DNA from: an uncultured Candidatus Saccharibacteria bacterium
GTDB lineage: Bacteria; Patescibacteriota; Saccharimonadia; CAILAD01; JADZBC01
NCBI GenBank assembly: GCA_964573585.1
Contig: CAZNJX010000005.1
Coordinates: forward strand, 1-21,302
Length of the DNA stretch: 21,302 nt
Direction of reading: 5' to 3'
Shown: positions 11,687-20,557 of the stretch, piece after piece
How positions within the stretch are numbered: the stretch's first letter is position 1
How the letters are laid out: each line of letters begins with the position of its first letter
Program-made: the position numbers and the translations under genes
Notes under the pieces: model-generated
What the model saw: only the letters and a program-made list of their open reading frames with translations
What the model was told of the DNA's origin: nothing
Databases searched by the model: none

Positions 11687-13672
11687 CTACTTCTTCTCGA
11701 AGTTCCAGATACTTAAAGTGCCGGAATTAATCGTAACACTAAGCTTGCGGGTGGAAGTGCTAGCGGGTAGCTCAATACAGCTCGTGAAGCCACCGTAGGC
11801 AGCCGTTCTGGTAACTGGCGATACTTGGGCAGGGCTAACACTGATGGTGTAGCTTGCGTTGGTCTGAGTCCCCACAGAGCCAAGGAAGCAATAACGCCCT
11901 GGTGTCGAACTGGTGGTATCAACCGTAACCTTGAGCGGGTTGGTGGCTGGTGGGTTAGTAACAGGGTTGGCTGTACCGCTCCAATATCGCCCACCATTGG
12001 CTTTTTGGACTATGGTGCCCCCTGTGGTCGTAAAGTCAGCCGCCAGCCATTTTGTTTTATCGGGCGTCTGGTTCGAAGACTGGGGCTGAATGCCGGCCGT
12101 GGTAATGATGGCGTGATCATTGGCCTTCTGGTCACCGTTGAGGTCTTTGCCAAAGCTACGCCATTCGTTCCAGGATCGAGCCGCGCCATTAAACCCAAAG
12201 GCCATGTTGGTGGTGTAATGGTTGTAATCAATCGTGTAGTTACTCAAGTTACCGCCCTGGGCATTGTAGGCTGGGATTGAGGCAGCGATAGCCTGGTCGC
12301 CCGACTGGCGGATAACGTTGCTACGAATAATAACGTTGTTGGTTGGGTCTGGATAGTGCGGGTCGTCAATTAATAGGATGCCACGGCCGTTGTTGTAAAT
12401 GTAGTTATTTGCTATGGTAACGCCCTTGCCAGACGAAATACTGATAGCACCTTGGCTATCTTGAATAGCGTTGCCGCCACCAAGACTACCATGCACGCCG
12501 CCATTGCGCTGAATTAAATTGTTCGTAATGGTGGCTTTGAGGCTGATTTCGTGGAAAATACCGTTTTGAACATTGTCTTCAACCAGGTTGGCATCGAAGG
12601 TGATGTTGTCGTTAAAGCCATCCGCCCACAAGCCCGGTCCGATATTATGATGGACCCAGTTGTTACGAATTACGCTACCATTAGTGGCCCAGAACTTCGT
12701 GCCACCGGCCTCCCAGCCATAGTTAAAGTGGCTATTGTTGTTATACGCGATCTCGGTGTTATCGACCGTGACTTTATAAACAGCGTGCCCATAGTCGTTG
12801 TCGATGCCGTCGCCCCCATTCGCACCAACACCTATCTGGCCATTGCGAATAAACTTGGAGTACGTTACCCGTGGGTTGTTACCCAGCAGGGTGATGCCTT
12901 GGCCGGCGTTTAACTGCGAGGTGACGTTTTGGACCAACCAGCCATCGTTTGTTTGGATTGCCCCTTGCTGCGCCTGCTGAGCGTACTTTTCGATCGTTAG
13001 ATCACGCACCGTGACGTTGACTGCACCACCGGCTTGGCTAGGACCCGAACCTGGCCTGGCACCATCGAGTGCACGGCGCACAGCACCCACCTCGACCTTG
13101 TGCCCACTTGGATTTGTGGCAAAGTAAACCCTATTGGCAGCATGGTCAAAAAAGTACTTGCCCGCGCTGACAGCGCCAAGGCTAGTGGTGGCAACCTGCG
13201 GCACATCGTCGACATAGAGCAAGACCGGTTCTGTACAGGCTGGATAATCTGGGTCGCAGTAACCAGCAGCGCCTAGCTCTTGGGTTTGATTGCTTGCATA
13301 CCACAGACTGCCAGACTGGCCGAAGCTGCTAACCAAGTTTGAGCCGTTGAGATACGTTTTATCTTGCCCGCTACCGACGATAATATTGCCCGACTTGGGC
13401 CGCAGGGACTGCCCGCGGTAAACACCCTCTGCCAAGCAGATCGTGGTGTTGGCAGGGTTTGCGTCAATAGCCGCTTGGATATCACCGCCAACAGGCACAG
13501 ACACACCGCTACAAACCGGCACAGCAGCATATGTTAAATAAAGTATGACTGATCCCGTGAGGGCAACAACAAAAACAACAATTGCGAGGGTAATGACATT
13601 GATGCGTGGCGACTTATTAAGGATGGTCGAGAGCTTTGATCGGATTGGCTTAGTGGGCTTGTCTGTCGTCAT
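11687..13672 (-). CDS. Right-handed parallel beta-helix repeat protein (pectate-lyase fold) with N-terminal signal-anchor TM, probable surface protein
   Basis: 661 aa. N-terminal helix VITLAIVVFVVALTGSVILYLTY. Repeated NNxI/V..N turns (TITNNLIQRNGG, VTIANNYIYNNGRG, VIIRSNVIRQSGD). Host-like GC. Confidence 0.8.
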   Translation of the reverse strand: MTTDKPTKPIRSKLSTILNKSPRINVITLAIVVFVVALTGSVILYLTYAAVPVCSGVSVPVGGDIQAAIDANPANTTICLAEGVYRGQSLRPKSGNIIVGSGQDKTYLNGSNLVSSFGQSGSLWYASNQTQELGAAGYCDPDYPACTEPVLLYVDDVPQVATTSLGAVSAGKYFFDHAANRVYFATNPSGHKVEVGAVRRALDGARPGSGPSQAGGAVNVTVRDLTIEKYAQQAQQGAIQTNDGWLVQNVTSQLNAGQGITLLGNNPRVTYSKFIRNGQIGVGANGGDGIDNDYGHAVYKVTVDNTEIAYNNNSHFNYGWEAGGTKFWATNGSVIRNNWVHHNIGPGLWADGFNDNITFDANLVEDNVQNGIFHEISLKATITNNLIQRNGGVHGSLGGGNAIQDSQGAISISSGKGVTIANNYIYNNGRGILLIDDPHYPDPTNNVIIRSNVIRQSGDQAIAASIPAYNAQGGNLSNYTIDYNHYTTNMAFGFNGAARSWNEWRSFGKDLNGDQKANDHAIITTAGIQPQSSNQTPDKTKWLAADFTTTGGTIVQKANGGRYWSGTANPVTNPPATNPLKVTVDTTSSTPGRYCFLGSVGTQTNASYTISVSPAQVSPVTRTAAYGGFTSCIELPASTSTRKLSVTINSGTLSIWNFEKK

Positions 13673-13775
13673 GACTCGTTCCTGTGCGGCGATTAGGCGC
13701 TTATGTTGTGCTTAGTGTAACAATCGTAAGTATTATAAGTAAATGGCTAAATGACATAATTTATTGCTTCCTTGC

Positions 13776-14210
13776 CTACGTCGAAGCATGCATTGACTTC
13801 ATTGCGCGGTATGACCTGCGCAGAAGCTCCTTGAGAACCTCGAGGTCAACGTCGGCCAGCTTGCTTATATACAAGCAAGACACGCTGGTTTTGTGTTTGC
13901 CAAGTTTGGCGAGTAGATCCTTATAGCCATCAAAGCCGGGCATAATGTAGAGCGTGAGGCTTTGCTTCCTGGGCGAAAAAGCAATCAGCGGCCAGTCGCC
14001 CTCCTGGCTGCTCCGCTCAGACTTGTAATGATACATACCAAACCCGACTATGCTCGCACCCCACATCTTGGCTGGCTCACCAGTAATATCACCCAGGAGC
14101 TCTAAAAGCGTCAGGCTATCCCGCCTCTTTGTCTCCTCCGGGACAGCGTTGATAAATGCCATGACACTAGCATCATTGGGCAGCGTCTTTATCGTACTCA
14201 TGTAGGTCAT
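13776..14210 (-). CDS. DUF1801 domain protein
   Basis: 144 aa. MWGASIVGFGMYHYKSERSSQEGDWPLIAFSPRKQSLTLYIM matches the conserved GFG.YhY...G...GFSpRK..L.lY core of PF08818-type proteins (recalled, not searched). Confidence 0.65.
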   Translation of the reverse strand: MTYMSTIKTLPNDASVMAFINAVPEETKRRDSLTLLELLGDITGEPAKMWGASIVGFGMYHYKSERSSQEGDWPLIAFSPRKQSLTLYIMPGFDGYKDLLAKLGKHKTSVSCLYISKLADVDLEVLKELLRRSYRAMKSMHAST

Positions 14211-14394
14211 TATAGCAAATTACTAACCCCATACCAGGGCAGAATAACAAGCCCGCTAGCTTGTAAAGCTATGCTATAATGACCCTGTCAATAAGCCCAG
14301 ACATCAAAGTAGCCTTTAGTCCAAGGAATACCTACTTGGCTGGCAAACACATCCCCGGACACATCAACACAATATAACCAAAAGGAGTCGTGCT

Positions 14395-14556
14395 ATGGCA
14401 AAAATGACACCGCAAGAGGAGCTTGATTGGTACGAGCGCTCGCAGAAGCATTGGCGGGCGTGGGGCTCGTGGTTCAGTTGGGGCTCACCCGTCGGACTAA
14501 GCATTTTCTTGCTCAGTTTAGCCGTGAGTATCTGGATCATCGCCCAGGTTCGCTAG
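14395..14556 (+). CDS. Small (53 aa) Trp-rich protein with C-terminal TM helix, absent from the ORF track (below size cutoff)
   Basis: Strong SD aAAGGAGtcgtgctATG. Sequence MAKMTPQEELDWYERSQKHWRAWGSWFSWGSPVGLSIFLLSLAVSIWIIAQVR. Followed 15 nt later by a textbook terminator. Confidence 0.5.
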   Translation: MAKMTPQEELDWYERSQKHWRAWGSWFSWGSPVGLSIFLLSLAVSIWIIAQVR

Positions 14557-14570
14557 GTACCTACTCTGGT

Positions 14571-14602
14571 AAAACGAGGCCCCACAAAAGGGGCCTCGTT
14601 TT
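14571..14602. terminator. Bidirectional rho-independent terminator aaaacgaggcccc-acaaaa-ggggcctcgtttt
   Basis: 13-bp perfect stem flanked by A4/T4 runs. Sits between the convergent small ORF (+) and the DUF2200 gene (-). Confidence 0.8.
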
Positions 14603-14624
14603 AGTTACCTATTTCGTTGCTATA

Positions 14625-14984
14625 TCACTTCCGCAGTATCTTCTCGATTGCTTTACCTTTGGCCAGTTCATCAACCAACTTATCTAAATAGCGAATGTTC
14701 TGCATGGTCGGCTCCTTAATGTCCTCTACCCTAACTCCGCAGATAACTCCCGTAATCAGCCTTCGAGCCGGGTTCATGCTCGGCGCTTCGGCAAAGAAGG
14801 TTGCGACGTCTGTACTGTTCTTCAGCTGTGCTGCCATTTGTGCAGGGCTATAGCCCGTCAACCAGCAAATCACCTCATCGACCTCTGCCTTAGTGCGCCC
14901 CTTCCTCTCGGCCTTTGCGACATAGTGCGGGTACACGCTCGCAAAGCTAATCCGATAAATTCGATGTTCTGTAGCACTACTCAC
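14625..14984 (-). CDS. Conserved hypothetical protein (DUF2200-like)
   Basis: 119 aa. [38 protein letters not shown] resembles the DUF2200 N-terminal block (recalled). GTG start, 8 nt after the stop of the upstream VOC gene (translational coupling). Confidence 0.6.
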   Translation of the reverse strand: MSSATEHRIYRISFASVYPHYVAKAERKGRTKAEVDEVICWLTGYSPAQMAAQLKNSTDVATFFAEAPSMNPARRLITGVICGVRVEDIKEPTMQNIRYLDKLVDELAKGKAIEKILRK

Positions 14985-14992
14985 ACCAATAC

Positions 14993-15490
14993 CTATTTAG
15001 CAGCCCTAAAGGCTTCTTCCAATACAGTTGTTTCTAGTTTTATCATCGGCATCATAGCTTGCATCAAGGCTGTTTTTTGCTTCGCTGTCGCCCCGGGATC
15101 GCTCATCATCTGGCCGAGCGAGGTTGGGGTGATTTGCCAGGTAACACCAAATCTGTCCGTGATCCAGCCACACTGCTGTGGCGAGCCACCCTCCATCAAC
15201 TTACTCCAAGCAGCATCAATCTGCTGCTGGTCATCAAACTCAACGAGAAGCGAAATAGCACCTGTAAGCTCAAACTGCGCACCGCCATCGATACACATAA
15301 ACTCACGCCCCATTACCTCGAATATGCCAGTTAGGACTTTACCTTTGAGCCCAGCTTCGCCCGGTATGCCCTGATCGCCCGCGTAACGCTCAATTTCGAC
15401 GATCTTTGAATCCGGAAACACATCAGCATAAAAGTTCATTGCCTCCTCGGCATTACCCTGAAACCATATAAACGGTGTTATTTTTGACAT
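14993..15490 (-). CDS. VOC/glyoxalase-superfamily protein of the PhnB/3-demethylubiquinone-9 3-methyltransferase-domain type
   Basis: 165 aa. N-terminal [22 protein letters not shown] is typical of PF06983. Perfect SD gAAGGAGGactATG. Confidence 0.75.
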   Translation of the reverse strand: MSKITPFIWFQGNAEEAMNFYADVFPDSKIVEIERYAGDQGIPGEAGLKGKVLTGIFEVMGREFMCIDGGAQFELTGAISLLVEFDDQQQIDAAWSKLMEGGSPQQCGWITDRFGVTWQITPTSLGQMMSDPGATAKQKTALMQAMMPMIKLETTVLEEAFRAAK

Positions 15491-15609
15491 AGTCCTCCTT
15501 CACGTTGTTACCTAATGCTCATCATATTCGTTTAGGCTAAGCGGCGTCAACGGCTTCCACAAGTGCAAGGCTGCTCCCTCCTGCGTGACTAGTATGCGAT
15601 AATAGAGCT

Positions 15610-16434
15610 ATGCTTATCGGTCGAATCCGCAATATTCCTGGGATCATCCTTCATAAATGGCTCCGCTTGCCCTACAGGCTTCATGTTCGCAGTCTGCACC
15701 GTGAGAGAGCTGCAAAGACGACGGTCGTGTTTGTGCATGGTCTTGGCGCCACCGGCAAAATGTGGCAGCCTGTCATAAGCCAACTCCCCCACAGCACGAA
15801 CGCGGTGAGTGTTGATTTACTCGGCTTTGGTCGCTCCGCCAAGCCATACTGGGAGACGTACTCCGCGAAGCTACAAGCTCGCTCGCTACGCACCACGCTT
15901 TTACGGCTACGGCTGACGGGTCCTGTCATCCTAGTTGGCCATTCGCTTGGCTCCCTGGTCGCGATTGAGTTTGCCACCCGCTACCCCGAGCTCACCCAAT
16001 CACTCATACTCTGCAGCCCGCCCATATACCGCCACGATGACGCAACACCCAAGCTAAGTCCCGAGAAGTTCTTGCGCGCCTTTTACGAAAAGCTCCTGGC
16101 ATCACCCAAGACACTCATACGACTCTATAACCTTGGTCGCAGCACCAAAATCGACCCGAGCCTGGAGCTAACTGAGGACAACATGATGATGTTCGCAGCC
16201 TCCTTGCGGGCAAGCATTATCAATCAAACCGCCATCGATGACGTAACGCGACTTCACATCCCAGTCGACATTATTCACGGCATGCTTGACCCACTCGTAG
16301 TTCGATCTAATCTGGTTGGTCTGGTAAAGCACTCGCCGACCATCAGCTTTGCCTCGGTTCGCGCCTCCCACCCGCTTAACCACGCCTATGTTAAAAAGAT
16401 TGTCAGCACACTTCAGACGCGGGCGACCCACTAG
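15610..16434 (+). CDS. Alpha/beta hydrolase fold protein
   Basis: 274 aa. HGLGATGKMW oxyanion region and nucleophile elbow GHSLGS. No SD upstream of the ATG, so the start is less certain. Confidence 0.8.
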   Translation: MLIGRIRNIPGIILHKWLRLPYRLHVRSLHRERAAKTTVVFVHGLGATGKMWQPVISQLPHSTNAVSVDLLGFGRSAKPYWETYSAKLQARSLRTTLLRLRLTGPVILVGHSLGSLVAIEFATRYPELTQSLILCSPPIYRHDDATPKLSPEKFLRAFYEKLLASPKTLIRLYNLGRSTKIDPSLELTEDNMMMFAASLRASIINQTAIDDVTRLHIPVDIIHGMLDPLVVRSNLVGLVKHSPTISFASVRASHPLNHAYVKKIVSTLQTRATH

Positions 16435-16451
16435 TACCTTTTTTGCCACAA

Positions 16452-16472
16452 GCCCCGAGCGGGGCATATTTT
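16452..16472 (+). terminator. Intrinsic terminator gccccgagcggggc + auauuuu after the hydrolase gene
   Basis: 5-bp GC stem with 4-nt loop and U-rich tail 18 nt after the stop. Confidence 0.5.
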
Positions 16473-16485
16473 ACGCACTTAGGTC

Positions 16486-16514
16486 TTGATCTATGGCATT
16501 AAAAATGGTATTAT
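16486..16514 (+). promoter_or_regulatory. Strong sigma70 promoter TTGATC-17-(TGg)TATTAT with extended -10
   Basis: ttgatc tatggcattaaaaatgg tattat. The TG is 1 nt upstream of the -10. Confidence 0.6.
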
Positions 16515-16525
16515 GTATCAGCATT

Positions 16526-16547
16526 TTGACAAACACCTCTTTGTCAA
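16526..16547 (+). promoter_or_regulatory. Operator-like perfect palindrome TTGACAAA-cacctc-TTTGTCAA at about +5..+26 of the promoter. A third half-site tttgac follows at 16551.
   Basis: 8-bp perfect inverted arms with a 6-bp spacer, directly downstream of the -10 and upstream of the high-GC ORF. Confidence 0.5.
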
Positions 16548-16612
16548 CCATTTGACGAGAGCAAAAAAGCCATCACGGTCACACCGTGAACGATCCAACG
16601 AGAAAGCAGGCG

Positions 16613-17425
16613 ATGAGAATGAATACGGAAAATGACTATGACGATATCTTCGTCGGAGACACAACCGCGATGGTGCCAGCCAGACCCTTGTTCCGCGACA
16701 TGTTCATTCACCCGGAAGCCCAGGTGGAGAACGTTCGCCGATGGAGCTTCGGGCGAGGCACGGGATTCGCGGCGCGTGACATCGACAAGGTGGCGGACCA
16801 ACTCGCCGAACTGGACTGGCCCCAAGGCCGCCTGACGGTGCTGACCTTGGTCCCGTACCTCCCGACGGTGCAGCAAACCGTCGAGGCGCTGTGGGCCTGT
16901 GCTCGGCAGGCTCAACCGAGCGGCCTGCTGCTCGGCAACATCAAGACCGACCCCAAGCGTCTCTGGCTGGCCAAGGGCATTGAGCACCAGCCAGGGCTTA
17001 GGTGGGAGATCATCAATCTCGGCGCTTACCAGGCTGACGGTAGAGGGGTCAGTCCGATCGAGTGTCGGGATACCAACTCGGCCCACGCCGGTGTACTGGC
17101 AGCAGCGGCTCACTTTCCGCTCTGGGTACAGGCAATGGCGGGCAATGATGTCCCGCCCGTCTGGATCCCGGGCTACCAGGTGCGTACGGGGTCGTTCGGC
17201 GACCTTACTCGCACCATACACTTGGGTTGGCGACCGCTCTGGGGCTCGGGCGGCGACAACGAGCCCAGCCCCTGGGGCATCACGCTCGACGCCAGCTTGT
17301 CTGACGCTCGAACACCCCCTTGGGCAGGCCCGATCATCACCTGGTCCGGTCCATTGGTTAAGCCCACGTCAGCCCCTCGGGAACTGAATGCGGGCAATCG
17401 GGCCAAGCTAGCCCTGTCGGCTTAA
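16613..17425 (+). CDS. Hypothetical protein, about 65% GC, isolated foreign-looking gene. Start ambiguous (GTG 16586, ATG 16613 or ATG 16619).
   Basis: 279-aa ORF chosen over the overlapping antisense 225-aa ORF because it is longer and bracketed by a promoter/operator and a terminator on the + strand. No family recognised. No good SD. Confidence 0.6.
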   Translation: MRMNTENDYDDIFVGDTTAMVPARPLFRDMFIHPEAQVENVRRWSFGRGTGFAARDIDKVADQLAELDWPQGRLTVLTLVPYLPTVQQTVEALWACARQAQPSGLLLGNIKTDPKRLWLAKGIEHQPGLRWEIINLGAYQADGRGVSPIECRDTNSAHAGVLAAAAHFPLWVQAMAGNDVPPVWIPGYQVRTGSFGDLTRTIHLGWRPLWGSGGDNEPSPWGITLDASLSDARTPPWAGPIITWSGPLVKPTSAPRELNAGNRAKLALSA

Positions 17426-17466
17426 GCGGCTCAGGAGTAACCCCGATACACATTCGGGTCCTGCTC

Positions 17467-17487
17467 CGCCCCTCGGGGCGTTTCTTT
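17467..17487 (+). terminator. Intrinsic terminator cgcccc-tc-ggggcg + uuucuuu
   Basis: GC stem followed by a U-rich tail 40 nt after the stop of the high-GC ORF. Confidence 0.55.
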
Positions 17488-17564
17488 ACCAGCGCGCAAG
17501 CGAAGGTTGAAGAAGCGCCCCTTCTTCATCAAAGCTTTTATTATCTTACTGAGCGCTATATAAC

Positions 17565-19187
17565 CTAGCCAACGGGCTGCAGCTGAGGAACGCCATATGG
17601 TAGCGGGGCTTGAGGCAAGAAGTGACCAACTTGCTGCGGAGACTGGGCGCGTAGATCTCTAGCCCACTGATGATTCCACGCAAACTGCGGCTGTGACAGC
17701 ACGACGCTGCTTAAATGTAGCCAGTTAAGCGCATTTGGGATGGTAGTGTATTCATAATTAAAAGTTTTGGCTAAGTGTTTGGTTTGCGCGCGCATGTGCT
17801 CATAATAAACATCATTGGTCATCAGCTCACAGATGCGCTCGGCCCAGGTGCTTATGTCCTCTGGGTCGATCACGAACCCGGAGCGCTCACTAACAATCTG
17901 CAGGGGTATGCCGCCACGACGTGAGCCGATAACGGGCTTGCCCTGCAAAATAGCATCTGTCACTCGGGACTCGAAGCCTTCTTTGGTAGACGGCTGTATG
18001 ACCAGCTTGCTGTTGCGCACGACTGCGTTGATCGCAATGTCGTTGTGGGGTACGCGGGCGACTTTGATGTCGGCCATGATGTGACGATAGGTAGTCCTGC
18101 GCAGTCGCATGATCTCTCTAAGCACTGGCACGCCGTCCGGATCATCAGCCGAGCCATTGCCGACTATGACCAGCTGCGGAATACGCAGCATAGCCAAGCC
18201 GCGGCGCAGCATTTTTTCCCGAGCAAGCGCATAGGCAGCCATAGCATTGGGCATGCCCTTAGATGGATCAAAGCGCGCCACCAGAGCCACGTACGGTCTC
18301 ATACTGCTCAATGCCGACTGATGCTCGTTCTCGGCTAACTGCTGGTTAATAAAAGCCAACCCGGCTCTATTCTCGCTCTCACTCAACGGTCGGTTAAGAT
18401 CATCAAGCGGGTCGCTAGCAGCTGGCACAAACACGACTTTGCGGTCCGGTACATCGGGTGGTACGAACTCTGGCTTAGGGTGCACAACAAAGACATCTGA
18501 GGCACAAACCTGGTTATGCTGCCATATATAGTCCCACGTCAGGTGCTGAGGCGTGCCAGGAGTACTCATGAGCTTACCTTCGGTCTGAATATGGTCTCTA
18601 AAGATGATCTTTGCTGCCGGATTGAGGCCCGGGCGGCCACCAAAGCCCTTGATGTAAGGAATAAGCCCTGATGGCTGCCAGTCGTCAATCACAATAACAT
18701 CGGCAGTACTGATTGGGTCAGCCAGCGCCTCGGCGTTTTGCTTAATCCACGCTTCATAAATGGCCTTATCCCTGGCGGTCAGTTCTACCCCATCACCAGC
18801 TACATTCTGCAAAACATTATGAAACTTGCGTTTGGTCACTAAAAACGCCGCTTCACTGGGTTTAAGCACATACCAGTGGGCATCGACGCCGACTGATCGC
18901 AAAAGCGCGATGAGTGGCGCGCGCATAATAGCCACCCCGCCACCCTCATAGGTTGCGTTTATAAAGATAATGCGCTTGCCTTTGAGTGCTGCACTATAGG
19001 CGCGTAGCACCTCAATATCGCTCGGAGATCCAACTGCGCCATAGTCGCTCGCAGTCAGCCGACTTAAAACATGCACCTCGCGCGTAGCTTCGTTGAGTCG
19101 CTTACTAAAAGCTGGCGGGTTGTCAGTCTGCCGACCCGTGGCACTAGCCGCTGTAGCTTGTGATGCGTGATAGTTGTGCGCGTGCAT
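17565..19187 (-). CDS. GT4-family glycosyltransferase, TreT-like (trehalose/sugar nucleotide glycosyltransferase fold)
   Basis: N-terminal domain INATYEGGGVA (TreT-like GGGV motif). C-terminal E-x7-E region STKEGFESRVTDAILQGKPVIGSRRGGIPLQI. Start set at ATG 19187 (MHAHNY). The track's longer form starts at a TTG. Confidence 0.75.
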   Translation of the reverse strand: MHAHNYHASQATAASATGRQTDNPPAFSKRLNEATREVHVLSRLTASDYGAVGSPSDIEVLRAYSAALKGKRIIFINATYEGGGVAIMRAPLIALLRSVGVDAHWYVLKPSEAAFLVTKRKFHNVLQNVAGDGVELTARDKAIYEAWIKQNAEALADPISTADVIVIDDWQPSGLIPYIKGFGGRPGLNPAAKIIFRDHIQTEGKLMSTPGTPQHLTWDYIWQHNQVCASDVFVVHPKPEFVPPDVPDRKVVFVPAASDPLDDLNRPLSESENRAGLAFINQQLAENEHQSALSSMRPYVALVARFDPSKGMPNAMAAYALAREKMLRRGLAMLRIPQLVIVGNGSADDPDGVPVLREIMRLRRTTYRHIMADIKVARVPHNDIAINAVVRNSKLVIQPSTKEGFESRVTDAILQGKPVIGSRRGGIPLQIVSERSGFVIDPEDISTWAERICELMTNDVYYEHMRAQTKHLAKTFNYEYTTIPNALNWLHLSSVVLSQPQFAWNHQWARDLRAQSPQQVGHFLPQAPLPYGVPQLQPVG

Positions 19188-19286
19188 GTTTGTTTTTGTC
19201 TTATTACTTATGTTTATAATACGCCCGCGCGCAAGAGTTAGCAAGTAAGCCTACACCATGCCGCTTATGTTAATATAAGGCAAGAT

Positions 19287-20498
19287 ATGGCGACTACGAA
19301 AAAACTTAGCCGAAGTCTCGGGCTACCCGTGGTAGCCCTCTACGGCTTGGGCAATATCCTGGGTGCCGGCATCTATGTCCTAGTCGGCAAGGTAGCTGGC
19401 GAGGCGGGACACAGCACTATCCTCGCCTTTTTAATTGCCATGGTCATAGCCGGTCTAACTGCTTTTTCGTACATGGAGCTCTCAGGCCGTTATCCGGCGA
19501 GTGCTAGCGTGTCGGTGTACTTGCACAAAGCCTTTGGTAAACGCTGGCTCTCTATTGGTATCGGCCTCGCCATGGTGGCCGCCGGCATCACGTCAGCCGC
19601 TACATTGGCAAAGGGCTTTGCGGGTTATTTACAGGTTGTATTCCCCACGCCTGAGCTGCTTGCTGCCATTGGGCTACTTGCACTACTAGGGATGGTCGCG
19701 GCCAGAGGAATTGGCCAGTCAGCAGCTCTGGCGGGCGCCTTTACCCTTGTTGAGATAGCCGGACTGGCATTAGTAATCTACGCCGGTCGTAATTCGCTTG
19801 CGACCTTCGATGCCGGCCGACTGCTGACTGTCGACCCGGCGGTTGGGCTGAGTGGTATAATCGGCGGTGCGTTTTTGGCATTTTACGCCTTCATTGGCTT
19901 TGAAGACATGGTCAACGTAGCCGAAGAAACAAAGCGTCCAGCGCGCACTATGCCGCTCGCCATACTGATCTCTCTAGCGGTCTCAACCGTGCTGTATTTG
20001 CTCGTGGCCGCAGTCGCCATAACAACGGTCAGCCCCACCGAGCTGGCCAACAGCAGTGCCCCACTCTCACTTGTCTATGCCCGCGAAACTGGTGGCAGTG
20101 CTTTGTTTTTAACCATTATTGGTATTTCTGCGGCCATCAATGGCGTCATCGTACAGATTATTATGGGTTCGCGCGTCCTCTATGGCCTCTCACGCCAGGG
20201 CTGGCTTGATAGCCGCCTGTCCAGCGTTGACACAAAAACCAAAACACCACTCCTGGCAACCATGCTCGTCGTTGGACTGATGGTGATTGGAGTGGTCTTT
20301 TTGCCACTCGTGTCGCTCGCACGGCTAACAAGCTTGATCGTACTGAGTATATTCACGCTTGTAAACGCGTCGCTTATTCTCATTAAGCGTCAACGCAAGC
20401 AGCACGAAGGCGCTATTACCGTGCCTCGCTGGGTGCCCTACCTGGGAGCCTCGAGTGCAGCACTCATTATCCTCTACGAGCTGCGCGGGATTCTCTAG
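19287..20498 (+). CDS. APC-superfamily amino acid permease (12 predicted TM)
   Basis: 403 aa, hydrophobic throughout. N-terminal LGLPVVALYGLGNILGAGIYVLVG is typical of the APC/AAT permease consensus. Confidence 0.8.
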   Translation: MATTKKLSRSLGLPVVALYGLGNILGAGIYVLVGKVAGEAGHSTILAFLIAMVIAGLTAFSYMELSGRYPASASVSVYLHKAFGKRWLSIGIGLAMVAAGITSAATLAKGFAGYLQVVFPTPELLAAIGLLALLGMVAARGIGQSAALAGAFTLVEIAGLALVIYAGRNSLATFDAGRLLTVDPAVGLSGIIGGAFLAFYAFIGFEDMVNVAEETKRPARTMPLAILISLAVSTVLYLLVAAVAITTVSPTELANSSAPLSLVYARETGGSALFLTIIGISAAINGVIVQIIMGSRVLYGLSRQGWLDSRLSSVDTKTKTPLLATMLVVGLMVIGVVFLPLVSLARLTSLIVLSIFTLVNASLILIKRQRKQHEGAITVPRWVPYLGASSAALIILYELRGIL

Positions 20499-20557
20499 AA
20501 AACCTGCTTGGGGGACTTGCACGCTCGGCGTATAATAGAAGTATAAGGAGTACTGCC

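Noticed and set aside
14427-14687. 86-aa plus-strand ORF in the track
   Set aside because: It runs straight through the strong bidirectional terminator hairpin (14571..14602) and overlaps the convergent DUF2200 gene. The alternative 53-aa frame (14395..14556) has a strong SD and ends before the terminator.
16452-17480. Similar GC hairpins (gccccgagcggggc / cgcccctcggggcg) flanking the orphan high-GC gene as inverted repeats of a MITE-like insertion
   Set aside because: Each is followed by a U-tract on the plus strand and sits right after a plus-strand stop codon. Two independent intrinsic terminators are the simpler reading. Similarity is limited to a generic GCCCC/GGGGC stem.
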